Both the position numbers and the translations under genes were made by a program. Positions 9,327-19,170 of a stretch of DNA of 49,616 nucleotides are shown here, one piece after another. The DNA is taken from NCBI GenBank assembly GCA_964616985.1, contig CAZTVF010000027.1, positions 1 to 49,616 on the forward strand, written 5' to 3'. Every line of letters starts with the position of its first letter. The stretch's first letter is position 1. A model generated the notes under the pieces. It was not told the DNA's origin. It saw only the letters and a list, made by a program, of their open reading frames with translations, and made no database searches. Source of the DNA: an uncultured Planctomycetaceae bacterium. Its GTDB lineage: Bacteria; Planctomycetota; Phycisphaerae; SM23-33.

Positions 9327-9465
9327 GGGGATAATGCGATTGCCGTGCAAACGCGTGCTTGCTTCCCCCTATGCCTTCCATTATTCTCTTCGGCGGCCTC
9401 AGATCATCGAGGGTGGAATGCGCGTGGCCCCGGCCAGCGTGCGGGGACGATCAAAGGAGACGATC

Positions 9466-10122
9466 ATGTACGAATGGTGGCAGAACCTGTCAGGCCTCAA
9501 CCAAGTGTTCTATGCCAGCGCGTGCTTCTTCAGCCTCCTGTTCATCTGGCAGTTCCTCGCCGCATTGATGGGCTTCGGCGATCATGGCGGCATGGACATT
9601 CACGCCGCCGACGTCGACACCGGCGCGGGCTTCACCAATGATGGCGTCGACGTTCACATGGCCGAGCATGCGGCCGACTCGGTGGCGTCGTTCAAGATCC
9701 TCAGCGTGCGGGCCCTGCTCGCGTTCTTCACGATGTTCTCATGGGCGGGCGCCCTGTACCTGGATTCGGACATGAAGCCGGTGCTCGCGATCACCTACGC
9801 TTTCTGCTGGGGCGTCGGCGGGTTCATCATCACCGTGCTGCTGGTGAACTGGCTGCGAAACATGCAGGAGATCGGCACGGGCCGCCTGAGCACGTGCCTG
9901 GGCGCCCTGGGCACCGTATACCTGAACATCCCCGCCGGCGGCACGGGCGAGGTCCGCGTCACCGTCTCGGGCGTCGTCTCGCACATCCGCGCGATCGGCG
10001 CCGGCGGCGTGGCCATCCCGGCCGGCGCTCCCGTCAAAGTCATCCGGCTCATTGACCAGAACACCATCGAAGTCGAACCCGCCGCCCAGGCGGCCAGCGG
10101 AAAGGAAACCGTCTCATGCTGA
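9466..10122 (+). CDS. NfeD-like membrane protein (YuaF/YqiJ type) with C-terminal OB-fold
   Basis: ATG at 9466 is preceded by AGGAGA. N-terminal TM helices are followed by GTGEVRVTVSGVVSHIRAIGAGGVAIPAGAPVKVIRLIDQNTIEVEP. Its stop overlaps the flotillin start (ATGCTGA). Confidence 0.7.
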   Translation: MYEWWQNLSGLNQVFYASACFFSLLFIWQFLAALMGFGDHGGMDIHAADVDTGAGFTNDGVDVHMAEHAADSVASFKILSVRALLAFFTMFSWAGALYLDSDMKPVLAITYAFCWGVGGFIITVLLVNWLRNMQEIGTGRLSTCLGALGTVYLNIPAGGTGEVRVTVSGVVSHIRAIGAGGVAIPAGAPVKVIRLIDQNTIEVEPAAQAASGKETVSC

Positions 10123-11669
10123 GTTCCCTCGCCCTCTTCGCCGAGACCAGCACCAAGGAAGCCCCGTCGGGCATGTCGACGATCATGCTCGTCCTGCTGC
10201 TGGTGATCCTCGTATTTGGCTTCCTCTACATGATCCTCGCCCGCTACCGGCGGTGCCCGTCCAACAAGATCCTGGTCAAGTACGGCAAGACCGGCAGCGG
10301 CGCGGCCCAGTGCATCCACGGCGGTGCGACGTTCATCTGGCCGCTGTTCCAGGCGTACGACTACCTCGACCTCGAACCCTTCGTCGTGCCCGTCGACCTG
10401 ACCAACGCCCTCTCGCGCGAGAACATCCGCGTGGCCGTGCCGACCACCGTGACGGCCGCCATCTCCAACCGCCCGGGCATCATGGAGAACGCCGCCGTGC
10501 GACTCCTGGGCCTCTCCCGCGGGCAGATCCAGGCGCAGGCGCAGGACATCATCCTGGGCCAGATGCGAGCCGTCATCGCCACCATGGGCATCGAGGAAAT
10601 CAACCGCGACCGCCAGGCCTTCATGGCCAAGGTGAACGAGGCCGTTTCGGTGGAACTCGAGAAGATCGGCCTGACCGTCATCAACGTCAACATCCGCGAC
10701 ATCCAGGATGAGTCGGGCTACATCGAGGCCCTGGGCCGCAAGGCCGCCGCCGAGGCCATCAACCAGGCCAACATCGACGTAGCCGAGCAGGAAAAGACCG
10801 GCCAGACCGGCGTGGCCCAGCGCCAGCGCGACACCCGCGTCGCCGTCGCCGCCGCTAACGCCGCCGCCGAAATCGGCGAGGCCAACGCCACCAAGGACAA
10901 GCGCCAGCAGGTCGCCGGGCTCGTCTCGCAGGCGGAAATCGGCGAGGCCACCGCCACCCGAAACAAACGCCAGCAGACGGCGGCCCTGGACGCCGAGGCC
11001 GTCCAGGCGGAGACCGACGCCGGCGTCCGCAAGGCCGCCTTCAATGCCAACCAGGCCGTCGCCGAACAGGAAGCCCGCCAGCGCACCGAGTCCGCCTCCC
11101 GCGAGGCCGACGGCGCCATCCGCGTCGCGCAGGAAATCGCCCAGAAGAAGGCCGAGGATGCCAAGGCCCAGCGAGAGCAGTCGCGACTGAACGCCGAGAT
11201 GGTCGTCCCCGCCAACGCCGCGCGCGAGAAGCTCGTCATCGAGGCCGACGCCAGGAAACAGGAGCAGATCCGCCTCGCCGAAGGCCAGGCCTCCGCGATC
11301 CTGGCCAAGATGACCGCCGAGGCCAAGGGCACCCAGGCCGTCCTCGACGCCAAGGCCGAGGGCTATCGCCACCTCGTCGAGGCCTGCAACGACGCCCAGC
11401 AGATGGCCGCCATGCTCATCATCGAAAAGCTCACCGAGGTGGCCGCCATCCAGGCCAAGGCCATCGCCGACCTGCCGATCGAGAAGATCATCGTCTGGGA
11501 CGGCGGCGGCAGCGGCGGCGGCATGGAGAACCTCGGCAAGAAAATCATGGGCGCCCTGCCCCCCATGCACGAACTGGCCAAGCAGGTCGGCCTCGACCTG
11601 CCCGACTTCCTCGGCCGCATCGCCAAGGCCGCCGACAAGACGCCGCCCAAGGAGCAGGCACAAGCGTAG
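10116..11669 (+). CDS. floT: Flotillin (SPFH/band-7 domain, FloT/YuaG-like), 517 aa
   Basis: An N-terminal TM is followed by an SPFH domain (LVKYGKTGSG...FIWPLFQAYDYLDLEPF). A long Ala/Glu/Gln-rich coiled-coil follows (EA-repeat region). The gene is coupled to the upstream NfeD gene. Confidence 0.85.
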   Translation: MLSSLALFAETSTKEAPSGMSTIMLVLLLVILVFGFLYMILARYRRCPSNKILVKYGKTGSGAAQCIHGGATFIWPLFQAYDYLDLEPFVVPVDLTNALSRENIRVAVPTTVTAAISNRPGIMENAAVRLLGLSRGQIQAQAQDIILGQMRAVIATMGIEEINRDRQAFMAKVNEAVSVELEKIGLTVINVNIRDIQDESGYIEALGRKAAAEAINQANIDVAEQEKTGQTGVAQRQRDTRVAVAAANAAAEIGEANATKDKRQQVAGLVSQAEIGEATATRNKRQQTAALDAEAVQAETDAGVRKAAFNANQAVAEQEARQRTESASREADGAIRVAQEIAQKKAEDAKAQREQSRLNAEMVVPANAAREKLVIEADARKQEQIRLAEGQASAILAKMTAEAKGTQAVLDAKAEGYRHLVEACNDAQQMAAMLIIEKLTEVAAIQAKAIADLPIEKIIVWDGGGSGGGMENLGKKIMGALPPMHELAKQVGLDLPDFLGRIAKAADKTPPKEQAQA

Positions 11670-11692
11670 ACGCACCGGCACTCAAAAACCGA

Positions 11693-11738
11693 GGACCGAC
11701 GACCGACGCAGCGCGGTTGTCGGTCCTTCCTTTTGGGG
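11693..11738 (+). terminator. Rho-independent terminator-like hairpin plus T-tract after flotillin
   Basis: GGACCGAC...GTCGGTCC is followed by TTCCTTTTGGGG. Confidence 0.5.
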
Positions 11739-11811
11739 CGTTCGTTTGTCCGGCTGGTGTGACCTGAGTCGATAGGTGGCAGCCTAACCAGGCGCCGCCA
11801 AGAGCGCGTCA

Positions 11812-11840
11812 GGGGCGGCGGTCCGTGAAGGCCGCCACCC
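11812..11840. repeat. Half-copy of the REP-like element (…GTGAAGGCCGCCACCC)
   Basis: ggggcggcggtccgtgaaggccgccaccc matches the right arm of the 12607/22327/49509 elements. It sits at the 3' end of thpR. Confidence 0.4.
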
Positions 11841-11847
11841 GTTCCTG

Positions 11848-12423
11848 TCACGAGCGACTGGACCCCAGCGTTGCTCGCGCCATCGGCGTGTAGATCGACC
11901 CCTTGGGCGCGAGTGTGCTGCTGAAAACGATCACTTCCTCGGCGAGGCAGGCGCCGAAATCTTCCCCGGCCTGCGGCGCAATGGCGGAGCGGACCTCGTC
12001 GGGATGCTTGGCGAACTTGACCCGCCCCAGCGTGATGTGCGGCTTGAAGCTGCGTTCTTCTTCCTTGAGCCCCAGGCCCTCGAACGCCATCGCCAGCGCC
12101 TTGTGCAACTGCGTCATCCGGCCAGTCGAGTCATGCACGCCCACCCAGATCATCCGCAGTTGCCCGTGCGGTGGCACGGCCAGCACGCCTTCCACGTCGA
12201 AGTCGAAGGGCTCGACCGTCGCCGCGACCTCGGCCGCGATGTGGCAGACGTCGGCGGCCATCTCGTCCTTCACGTCGCCCAGGAAGTTCAGCGTGATGTG
12301 CAGATTTTCCGCCGCGACCCAGCTGATCCTGGCGTCCTGCGAGGCCAGCATCTCCTCCACATCCGCCAGCCCCTTGCGGATATGCTCGTCGATATCGATC
12401 GCCAGAAACGTTCGCTCGGACAT
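11848..12423 (-). CDS. thpR: RNA 2',3'-cyclic phosphodiesterase (2H phosphoesterase, LigT/ThpR)
   Basis: Two H-x-T-x motifs are present (HITLNFLG and HITLGRV). ATG at 12423 (MSERTFLAIDID...) is used. The upstream in-frame extension has no support. Confidence 0.75.
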   Translation of the reverse strand: MSERTFLAIDIDEHIRKGLADVEEMLASQDARISWVAAENLHITLNFLGDVKDEMAADVCHIAAEVAATVEPFDFDVEGVLAVPPHGQLRMIWVGVHDSTGRMTQLHKALAMAFEGLGLKEEERSFKPHITLGRVKFAKHPDEVRSAIAPQAGEDFGACLAEEVIVFSSTLAPKGSIYTPMARATLGSSRS

Positions 12424-12606
12424 AGTGACTCCGAATAATGAGCCTGTGCCATCTTCGGTCGCCCTGGTGCCTCGGCGGCACCCCTGCAAGCAATCCACCC
12501 TCATGCCACTTGGTGCCATCCCCGGTGCCACCCCCAAACTTGTTTGGGGGTGTCCTCAGATCGCGCCACCGACCTCATCGAAGGCGACACCGCCTGACGC
12601 ATTGAT

Positions 12607-12675
12607 GGGTGGCGGCCTTCCCAGGCCGCCGCCAACAACCACCCGAAAGGCGGCGGCCTGGGAAGGCCGCCACCC
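12607..12675. repeat. REP-like palindromic element: perfect 24-bp inverted repeat GGGTGGCGGCCTTCCCAGGCCGCC / GGCGGCCTGGGAAGGCCGCCACCC with a roughly 20-nt spacer
   Basis: The arms are exact reverse complements of each other. The same element recurs at 22327-22394 and 49509-49576, with partial copies at 368 and 11812. Confidence 0.6.
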
Positions 12676-12728
12676 GCCATTTCACGCGTCATGCAGCGTC
12701 AACTCGACACATTCCGACCACACAGCCG

Positions 12729-13640
12729 TCACGCCCAGAACCGCACCAGGTCCTGGAACTCGCCCATGCGGGCGTCGACCTCTTTGCGGCTGGACTTGGT
12801 GAAGCGGTCCAGCGAGAAACCTTCCAGGCCGATGCTCGCGGTGACCGTTCCGTACGCGATCGCCTGGCGAAGGGCGAAGGCGTCGACGCGGTCTTCGGCC
12901 GCCAAGTACCCCATCATAGCCCCGGCGAAGCTGTCGCCAGCGCCGGTGGGGTCGATCACGTTGAAGGTGGGGTAGCTGGGCAGGGCGAAGACCTTGCCGT
13001 CGGTGAACAGCAGGCTGCCGTGCTCGCCCTTCTTGATGACCACGAACCGCTTGACCACGCGAGCGATCTCCAGCCCCGCCGCCACCACGTTCGACTGGCA
13101 GGTCAGCAGCTTGGCCTCCGAGTCATTCAGCACCAGCCCGTCGAGCCGCTGCACCAGACCCATCAGGTTGTCCCGTTCGGCGTTGATCCACAGGTCCATC
13201 GTGTCGGCCACGACCAGCTTGGGCGCCTCCAGCTGGTCCAGCATCTGCATCTGCAGCGCCGGGTGCGTGTTGGCCAGGAAGACGTAGCGGCTGTCGCGGA
13301 AGGCCTGCGGGATGGTAGGCCCGCGCTCGGCCAGCACGTTGAGCTCCACGGCCACCGTGTCGCGCTCGTTCACGTCGTTGTGATACCGGCCATGCCAGCG
13401 GAAGGTCTTGGAGCCCTTGCGGACCTCCAGGCCGGCCAGGTCGATTCGCGCATTGGCCCGCACCGGGTCGAGGAAGCCCTCGGGGCAGTCCTCCCCCACC
13501 ACGCCCACCAGGCGAACGGGCGTGAAGAAGCTCGCGGCATAGGCGAAGTAGATGCTCGACCCGCCCAGGGCGTCCTTGACCATGCCCGAGGGCGTTTCAA
13601 CCGTGTCGATTCCGATGCTTCCGGTGACCAGCAGAGACAT
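12729..13640 (-). CDS. PfkB-family carbohydrate kinase (ribokinase/fructokinase-like), 303 aa
   Basis: It carries the DPTGAGDSFAGAMMGYL motif and has an N-terminal GG-like motif. ATG at 13640 is preceded by AAGGAA. It lies 12 nt downstream of the GH116 stop. Confidence 0.8.
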   Translation of the reverse strand: MSLLVTGSIGIDTVETPSGMVKDALGGSSIYFAYAASFFTPVRLVGVVGEDCPEGFLDPVRANARIDLAGLEVRKGSKTFRWHGRYHNDVNERDTVAVELNVLAERGPTIPQAFRDSRYVFLANTHPALQMQMLDQLEAPKLVVADTMDLWINAERDNLMGLVQRLDGLVLNDSEAKLLTCQSNVVAAGLEIARVVKRFVVIKKGEHGSLLFTDGKVFALPSYPTFNVIDPTGAGDSFAGAMMGYLAAEDRVDAFALRQAIAYGTVTASIGLEGFSLDRFTKSSRKEVDARMGEFQDLVRFWA

Positions 13641-13652
13641 AGGTGTTCCTTG

Positions 13653-16379
13653 TTATTCAACGGTCCATTCGATCGTCGCGCCCTCGGCCAGCTCCGTCGC
13701 CGGGCAGGCGAATCGCTTGTACTTGCCCATCGCGCCGGCCGCCGCCAGGGCCTTGCCCCCCATCTTCGCCTCCCGCGCGCCGGGGGGCAACTCCAGACCT
13801 TGCAGCCTGGGCGTGCGGCCGAACGTCTTGCGGATCGTCATCCGTATGCTGCCGCCCTGTCGCTGGGCGGTGGCCCAGAACAGCGGGTGCACGATCGCGA
13901 AGCGGCCGTCCTGCATCGGGCTCAGCCGCAGCACGCCCTCGGCCGGCCAGTAGAAGAAGTCCAGCGTCGCCTGGTACACCAGCCAGCTGGCCGGGGCGGT
14001 CATGTAGTAGCTGCCCCAGGACTGCTTGCCCGAGACCGGCTGGTACATCAGGCGCGTGTCGCACGGGCTCTTGCCATCGGGGTCCATCGCCTCGATGATC
14101 CGCCGCCAGATGTCCATCATGCGGCCGTCGCCGCGGATCGCCAGCGGCGCCAGGCAGAAGCTCTCCACGTACGGCAGCCAGCCATACTGCGTGAATTCCT
14201 TCAGGTCGGCCGACACCTCGTCGGGCGGCACGGCGAACTTGGCGTTGCCGTTGAGCTGCACCATCGCGTCGGCGCAAGCCTGCAGGCGGTCGTCGCCCAG
14301 CACGTCCACGCCGGCCAGCATGCGGCTGTAGTATTCGCCCGCGAGCATGCCCGCGTGGCAGTTCTCGTTGGCCGGGCCTTGGGGGCTGTTGTACGCGCGG
14401 TAGAAGCGGCCGTTCCACAGGTCGGCCTCCAGACGCTCGCGGGCCTGCTTCTCCCACGCGTCGAGGCGAGGCAGCAGGTCGCGATCGCCGAACTTCGTCG
14501 CCCACTTCCTCGCCACTTCCAGGGCCGCCAGCCACAGCGTGGCCACGTATGCAACCGTGCCGATATAATGGTAACCATCGTAGCTGGTGCCCAGCCCGTG
14601 GCCGATCTGCGCCACCCCGCCGCCCGCCTGGGCCCACTCCGCATGCCGCAGCAGCGCCTTCTTCGCCCGCTGCCAGGTGAGCTCCTCGATCTCCGTCGCC
14701 CCGTTCGACCACACGTGCGACGCCCACTGGATGATGAACGAGCACGTCAGGTCCGGCCAGTGGCTGTCCACCGCCTTGGCCTCCAGGTGCCCCTGGCCCA
14801 GATCGTGATTCACCCCGCCGTTGTCCGCCTGCTTGAGCGAGAATTCCTCCAGCTCCTGCCAGTTGAGCTGGGGGAACAGCAGCAGCGTCGCCGCGTGCGC
14901 CGCCAGCCGCTGATCGATCGTCCCGAAGCACGCCGCCATCTCGGTCGGCCCTTCGTTCACGCTGAAGCGGCCGTCCTTGTACAGCACGCTGTTGGTCACC
15001 AGCGGATAGCAGCAGTTCGCCAGCCGCCGCTTCAGCCACGCCGGCAGCGACGTGTCCTTCAACAGGGCCGGCAACTGCCCGGCGGCCGCCAGAATGGTAT
15101 CGAACGACTTGAATATGTAATCGAGAATCTCCTCGCCGCCCGCGAAGTGGTTCTGCCAGAGGTGGCCGCGGTCGACGTTGTGGATGTCGATCCAGTGAGG
15201 CATGTCCCAGACGACGGCCATGTCCGCCGTCGCGCTGCCGCCGGCGGGCACGGTCATTTCCTTGGCGACCGAGGCCGTGCGGCTGCTCTTCTCCACCAGC
15301 ACGCTGGAATCCCGGCGCACCGCAACAAAATGAAACCCGTCGGCGGCCGGGCTGATCTCGCTGGGTTCGTTGCCGTAGCGGATCGCCTCGTAGTCGCCGC
15401 CCTTGGCCAGGTTGCACGCGGGCTGGTCGGGCGCGGTCCAGTAGCGATAGAAACCGTCGCCGTAGCCGATGCGGCTTTCGGCCTCACCGATGCCGCCGCC
15501 GAAGCCCACCAGGTTCGGCCAGGCCATCCGGCACGCGATGCGCACGGGTTGGCCCGTGCGGTTGCTCACGCGGAAACGAACGATGAACCCCGGCAGGCCC
15601 GAGGTCTTCAGATCGTGCGGGCACAGCATGCCCGACAGCGTCGCCTCCACGTCGATGCCGGGGAACACCTCCGCCGCCCGCAGCGTCGCCTGGGGGAATG
15701 CCAGGTCCGCCTGCAGGTTCGCCACCGGCGGAATGAGCCCGCCCTTGCCCGCCGCCGCTCGCGTGGCCAGCACGCGCTGCGCCTCGCCCAGGGCGATGGA
15801 AAGGTACGCGCCCTCCAGGCCGTCGGGGTCCTCGAAGGGCATGTCCTGGTTGTTGTTGCCGCTGAAGTTGCGGAACCTGCCGTCGCGGCAGATCTCGACC
15901 TTGCCGCAGCCGATGCCGCCCAGCGGCACGCCCGTGGGCGCCCACTGCGGATCGGCCTGGCATGCCAGCCAATCGTCGGCCTGGCCGCTGGAGACGAACC
16001 GCGTCCACGTGCACAACAGCACGTCGGCCTGCTCCAGGCCTTGGGGCAGGTTGGCGATCGTCAGCGGGCCCTCTCCGCGGCTGGCCATCAGGCGGCCCAG
16101 GCAGACCCACGTCTTTGCGGCCTGCTTGGAGGCGAACGTCGCGGGGCCCTTGTTGCCCTCGCCGAACTTCTGCTGCACCTCAAAGCTCCGCAGGCCGGTG
16201 ATGGTGAGCTTCACCTCCACCGCCGCCAGGGCCCCGGCCAGGGCGCTGTCCACGCGGACGAACAGGTAGTATCCCAGTTTGCCCAGGGCGCTGGGGATGT
16301 GGACGTTGATCGGGCGGCGCAGGTCGGCCGCGGGGAAGAATATCTCCTGGTGCTCCGTCTCGCCGTACATCTGGCTCAT
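13653..16379 (-). CDS. GH116-family beta-glucosidase/glucosylceramidase (GBA2-like), about 908 aa
   Basis: GVPLGGIGCGKVEICRDGRFRNFSG matches the GBA2/GH116 N-domain hallmark (G.PLGGIG.G...RG.F). A large (alpha/alpha)6 C-terminal region follows. ATG at 16379 is preceded by GAGGAA. Confidence 0.75.
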   Translation of the reverse strand: MSQMYGETEHQEIFFPAADLRRPINVHIPSALGKLGYYLFVRVDSALAGALAAVEVKLTITGLRSFEVQQKFGEGNKGPATFASKQAAKTWVCLGRLMASRGEGPLTIANLPQGLEQADVLLCTWTRFVSSGQADDWLACQADPQWAPTGVPLGGIGCGKVEICRDGRFRNFSGNNNQDMPFEDPDGLEGAYLSIALGEAQRVLATRAAAGKGGLIPPVANLQADLAFPQATLRAAEVFPGIDVEATLSGMLCPHDLKTSGLPGFIVRFRVSNRTGQPVRIACRMAWPNLVGFGGGIGEAESRIGYGDGFYRYWTAPDQPACNLAKGGDYEAIRYGNEPSEISPAADGFHFVAVRRDSSVLVEKSSRTASVAKEMTVPAGGSATADMAVVWDMPHWIDIHNVDRGHLWQNHFAGGEEILDYIFKSFDTILAAAGQLPALLKDTSLPAWLKRRLANCCYPLVTNSVLYKDGRFSVNEGPTEMAACFGTIDQRLAAHAATLLLFPQLNWQELEEFSLKQADNGGVNHDLGQGHLEAKAVDSHWPDLTCSFIIQWASHVWSNGATEIEELTWQRAKKALLRHAEWAQAGGGVAQIGHGLGTSYDGYHYIGTVAYVATLWLAALEVARKWATKFGDRDLLPRLDAWEKQARERLEADLWNGRFYRAYNSPQGPANENCHAGMLAGEYYSRMLAGVDVLGDDRLQACADAMVQLNGNAKFAVPPDEVSADLKEFTQYGWLPYVESFCLAPLAIRGDGRMMDIWRRIIEAMDPDGKSPCDTRLMYQPVSGKQSWGSYYMTAPASWLVYQATLDFFYWPAEGVLRLSPMQDGRFAIVHPLFWATAQRQGGSIRMTIRKTFGRTPRLQGLELPPGAREAKMGGKALAAAGAMGKYKRFACPATELAEGATIEWTVE

Positions 16380-16548
16380 GGGGTTCCTCGGTTTGTCATT
16401 CGTGCGGATCATCGCGTCTCCGTCGGCTGGCGGCCTTGCGCTTCGCGGCAGGCAGCGGCCGCGTCCATCGGTCATCGCAGCGGAGAAGGTATTCCCCGGG
16501 GGCAAGATTTTCCAACATTTCTGACGCAAAACCGATAGAAATAGAGCC

Positions 16549-19077
16549 GTGAACAAATCAAGCAAACGCACCGAGCTGTTGTCGCCCGCCGGCGACTGGG
16601 AATGCCTCAAGGCCGCCGTCGCCAACGGCGCCGACGCCGTCTACTTCGGACTGCCCGCCTTCAACGCGCGGGCCAAGGCGACCAACTTCCGCCTGGAGGA
16701 ACTGCCCGAGGTCATGGACTACCTCCACGCCCGCAACGCCCGCGGGTACGTCGCGCTCAACACGCTCATCTTCGCCCCCGAGCTTGAGCAGGCGGCCGCC
16801 TTCGTCGCCCGCGTCGCCGAGGCCGGCGCCGACGCCGTCATCGTCCAGGACCTGGGCCTGGCCGCCGTCGTCCGCCGCACCGCCCCCACGCTGCCCATCC
16901 ACGCCTCCACGCAGATGAGCCAGACCGATGCTGCCGGCATCAACCTGCTGGCCGAGCTGGGCGTGTCGCGGGTGATCCTCGCCCGCGAGCTGACGCTGGA
17001 GCAGGTGCGGGCGATCCGCGCGGCCACGAAGATGGAACTGGAAGTCTTCGTCCACGGCGCCCTGTGCATCTCCGTCAGCGGCCAGTGCCTGGCGAGCGAG
17101 TCGCTCTGGGGGCGCAGCGCCAACCGCGGCCTGTGCGGCCAGGCCTGCCGCCTGCCCTACCAGCTCGTCGTCGACAGCGAGAGCCGCACCACCGACACCC
17201 CCGTCTATCCGCTGAGCCCGCTGGACCTGGCCGCCCACGACCACGTGGCCGAACTCGTCCGCCTGGGCACGGCCGGGCTGAAGATCGAGGGCCGCCTCAA
17301 GAGCGCCCACTACGTAGCGGCCGCAACGGCCACCTACCGCGCGGCCTTGGACGCGGCGTTGAACGACCGCCCCTGGCGCCTGGGCGAGCAGCAGCAGTAC
17401 GACCTGGCGCAGAGCTTCTCGCGCGGGTTCACCGGCGGGTTCCTCGGCGGGCCGAATCATCAGGCCCTCGTGCCCGGCCGCTTCCCCAAGAGCCGCGGCG
17501 TGCGGCTGGGCGTGGTGACGCAGATCACAGACGCCAGCGTGGTGATCGAGCTCGATGCCGCCGCGCGCCGGCCGGGCCTGAGCGAAGAGCCCATCAAGCC
17601 CGGAGACGGCATCGTTTTCGACGAGGGCCACCCCGAGCGCGACGAGCAAGGCGGCCGCGTCTATTCGGTTCAGCCGATCAGCGGCCCGCGCGGCGGCCCG
17701 TGCCTGGTGGAGATGATGTTCGGCCCCGGCGACGTGAACCTCTCCGCCCTCACGCCCGGCAACATCGTCTGGAAGACCGACGACCCCAAGCTTCGCCGCC
17801 GCATGGAGCAGACGTACTCGCGCGACGTCATCGTGCACAAGACGCCCGTCGATTTCGACGTCGCCGCCGACTTGGACAAGCCGCTGGAGCTCATCGCCCG
17901 CGACGCGCACGGCCAGTTCGCCCGCGCCCGCGGGGCCGCCCCGCTGCAGGCCGCTCAGAAGCACCCGCTGACGCGCGAGCTGCTCGTGCAGCAGCTCGAC
18001 CGCCTGGGGCCCACGCCGTTCGAACTGGGCACGGTGCGGCTGCTGTCGTCGGGCAAGGAGGTCGAATCGACCTCGGTCATGGCGCCCAAGAGCGTGCTGA
18101 ACGAGCTGCGCCGCCAGGTGATCGAAGACCTCTCGCGGCGGCACCTGTCCCGCTACCGCCACGCCGTCGCCGAACCAGCGGCGCTGCAGCACCTGCGGCA
18201 GGAACCGCCCGCCGCGACGGCCGCGGCAAAGATTGAACTGAGCGTGCTGGCCCGCACGATGGACCAGCTCGAGGCCGTCATCGCCGCCAAGGCGGCGGCC
18301 CTGGTCTACTGCGACCTGATGGACGACGAGCTCAATGCCGCCGCCCTCGCCGCCTGCCGCGCGGTTGGCCTGGCCGCCGCACTGGTCACGCCCCGCATTC
18401 TCTTGAGCGGCGAAGAGGCGCGTCTCGATGCGCTGGCCGCTGCGGCGCCCGCGGCCATCCTCGTGCGAAACCTCGGGGCGCTGTCGCTGCTCCGCAAGCG
18501 GTCGCCGCAGGTGCCACTCGTTGCAGACCAGTCGCTCAACGCCATCAACGACGTCACGTGCGGTGTGCTGACGGGCCTGGGGGCCGCTCGCGTCACGGCG
18601 GCCGCCGACTTGAGCTTCGCGCAGCTGCAGGCGATGGCCCGTTTCCTGTCGCCGGCCTCGCTGGAGGTGGTCATCCACCAGCACGTGACGATGTTCCACA
18701 CGATGCACTGCCTCTTCGCCGCCAACCTCGCCGGGGGGCGGAGTTGCACCGCCTGCCGCCGCCCCTGCCGCCAGCACCGCCTGCACCTTCTCGACCGCGT
18801 CGCCGCCGAGCACCTCGTGCTGGCCGACGAGGCCGGTCGCAACACCGTCTTCACCTCGCGTGCGCAGACGGCGGCAGACTTCCTGCCGGGCATCATGCAG
18901 CTGGGCGTCGGGCATCTTCGCATCGAGCTACTGGAGGAATCCGCCGCCGAGGCCGCGGAGCTCGTGACGACCTATGCTGAAGTGCTGTCGAGCCCGCAGC
19001 AGGCCGCCGCGGCGTGGAAGCACCTTGCCGCCATCAGTCGCGATCGCCTGACCAAGGGCACGTGGGATTTCGAGTAA
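16549..19077 (+). CDS. Peptidase U32 family protein (collagenase-like, long form with DUF3656-type C-terminal region), 842 aa
   Basis: ELLSPAGDWECLKAAVANGADAVYFG...FNARAKATNF is the canonical U32 N-terminus. It uses a GTG start. It is divergent from the GH116 gene across an AT-richer 170-bp spacer. Confidence 0.8.
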   Translation: MNKSSKRTELLSPAGDWECLKAAVANGADAVYFGLPAFNARAKATNFRLEELPEVMDYLHARNARGYVALNTLIFAPELEQAAAFVARVAEAGADAVIVQDLGLAAVVRRTAPTLPIHASTQMSQTDAAGINLLAELGVSRVILARELTLEQVRAIRAATKMELEVFVHGALCISVSGQCLASESLWGRSANRGLCGQACRLPYQLVVDSESRTTDTPVYPLSPLDLAAHDHVAELVRLGTAGLKIEGRLKSAHYVAAATATYRAALDAALNDRPWRLGEQQQYDLAQSFSRGFTGGFLGGPNHQALVPGRFPKSRGVRLGVVTQITDASVVIELDAAARRPGLSEEPIKPGDGIVFDEGHPERDEQGGRVYSVQPISGPRGGPCLVEMMFGPGDVNLSALTPGNIVWKTDDPKLRRRMEQTYSRDVIVHKTPVDFDVAADLDKPLELIARDAHGQFARARGAAPLQAAQKHPLTRELLVQQLDRLGPTPFELGTVRLLSSGKEVESTSVMAPKSVLNELRRQVIEDLSRRHLSRYRHAVAEPAALQHLRQEPPAATAAAKIELSVLARTMDQLEAVIAAKAAALVYCDLMDDELNAAALAACRAVGLAAALVTPRILLSGEEARLDALAAAAPAAILVRNLGALSLLRKRSPQVPLVADQSLNAINDVTCGVLTGLGAARVTAAADLSFAQLQAMARFLSPASLEVVIHQHVTMFHTMHCLFAANLAGGRSCTACRRPCRQHRLHLLDRVAAEHLVLADEAGRNTVFTSRAQTAADFLPGIMQLGVGHLRIELLEESAAEAAELVTTYAEVLSSPQQAAAAWKHLAAISRDRLTKGTWDFE

Positions 19078-19170
19078 AACGGGCGCTGCGATGGATCCAA
19101 CGAGTGAAGCCGCAGACCTTGCGGCGGCCTGGGAAGGTCGCCTGCACGGAACAGCTGAAGGAAGATCATC

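Noticed and set aside
9795-11681. 628-aa minus-strand ORF opposite NfeD/flotillin
   Set aside because: The flotillin SPFH domain and coupled NfeD are on the + strand. The antisense product is low-complexity G/L/A/D.
12609-16538. 1309-aa + strand ORF spanning the PfkB and GH116 loci
   Set aside because: It is antisense to two genes with clear family signatures, has extreme Arg/Ala/Gly content, and has no recognisable domains.
16558-18915. 785-aa minus-strand ORF opposite the U32 peptidase
   Set aside because: The U32 N-terminal signature is unambiguous on the + strand. The minus ORF is Gly/Arg/Ala-rich junk.
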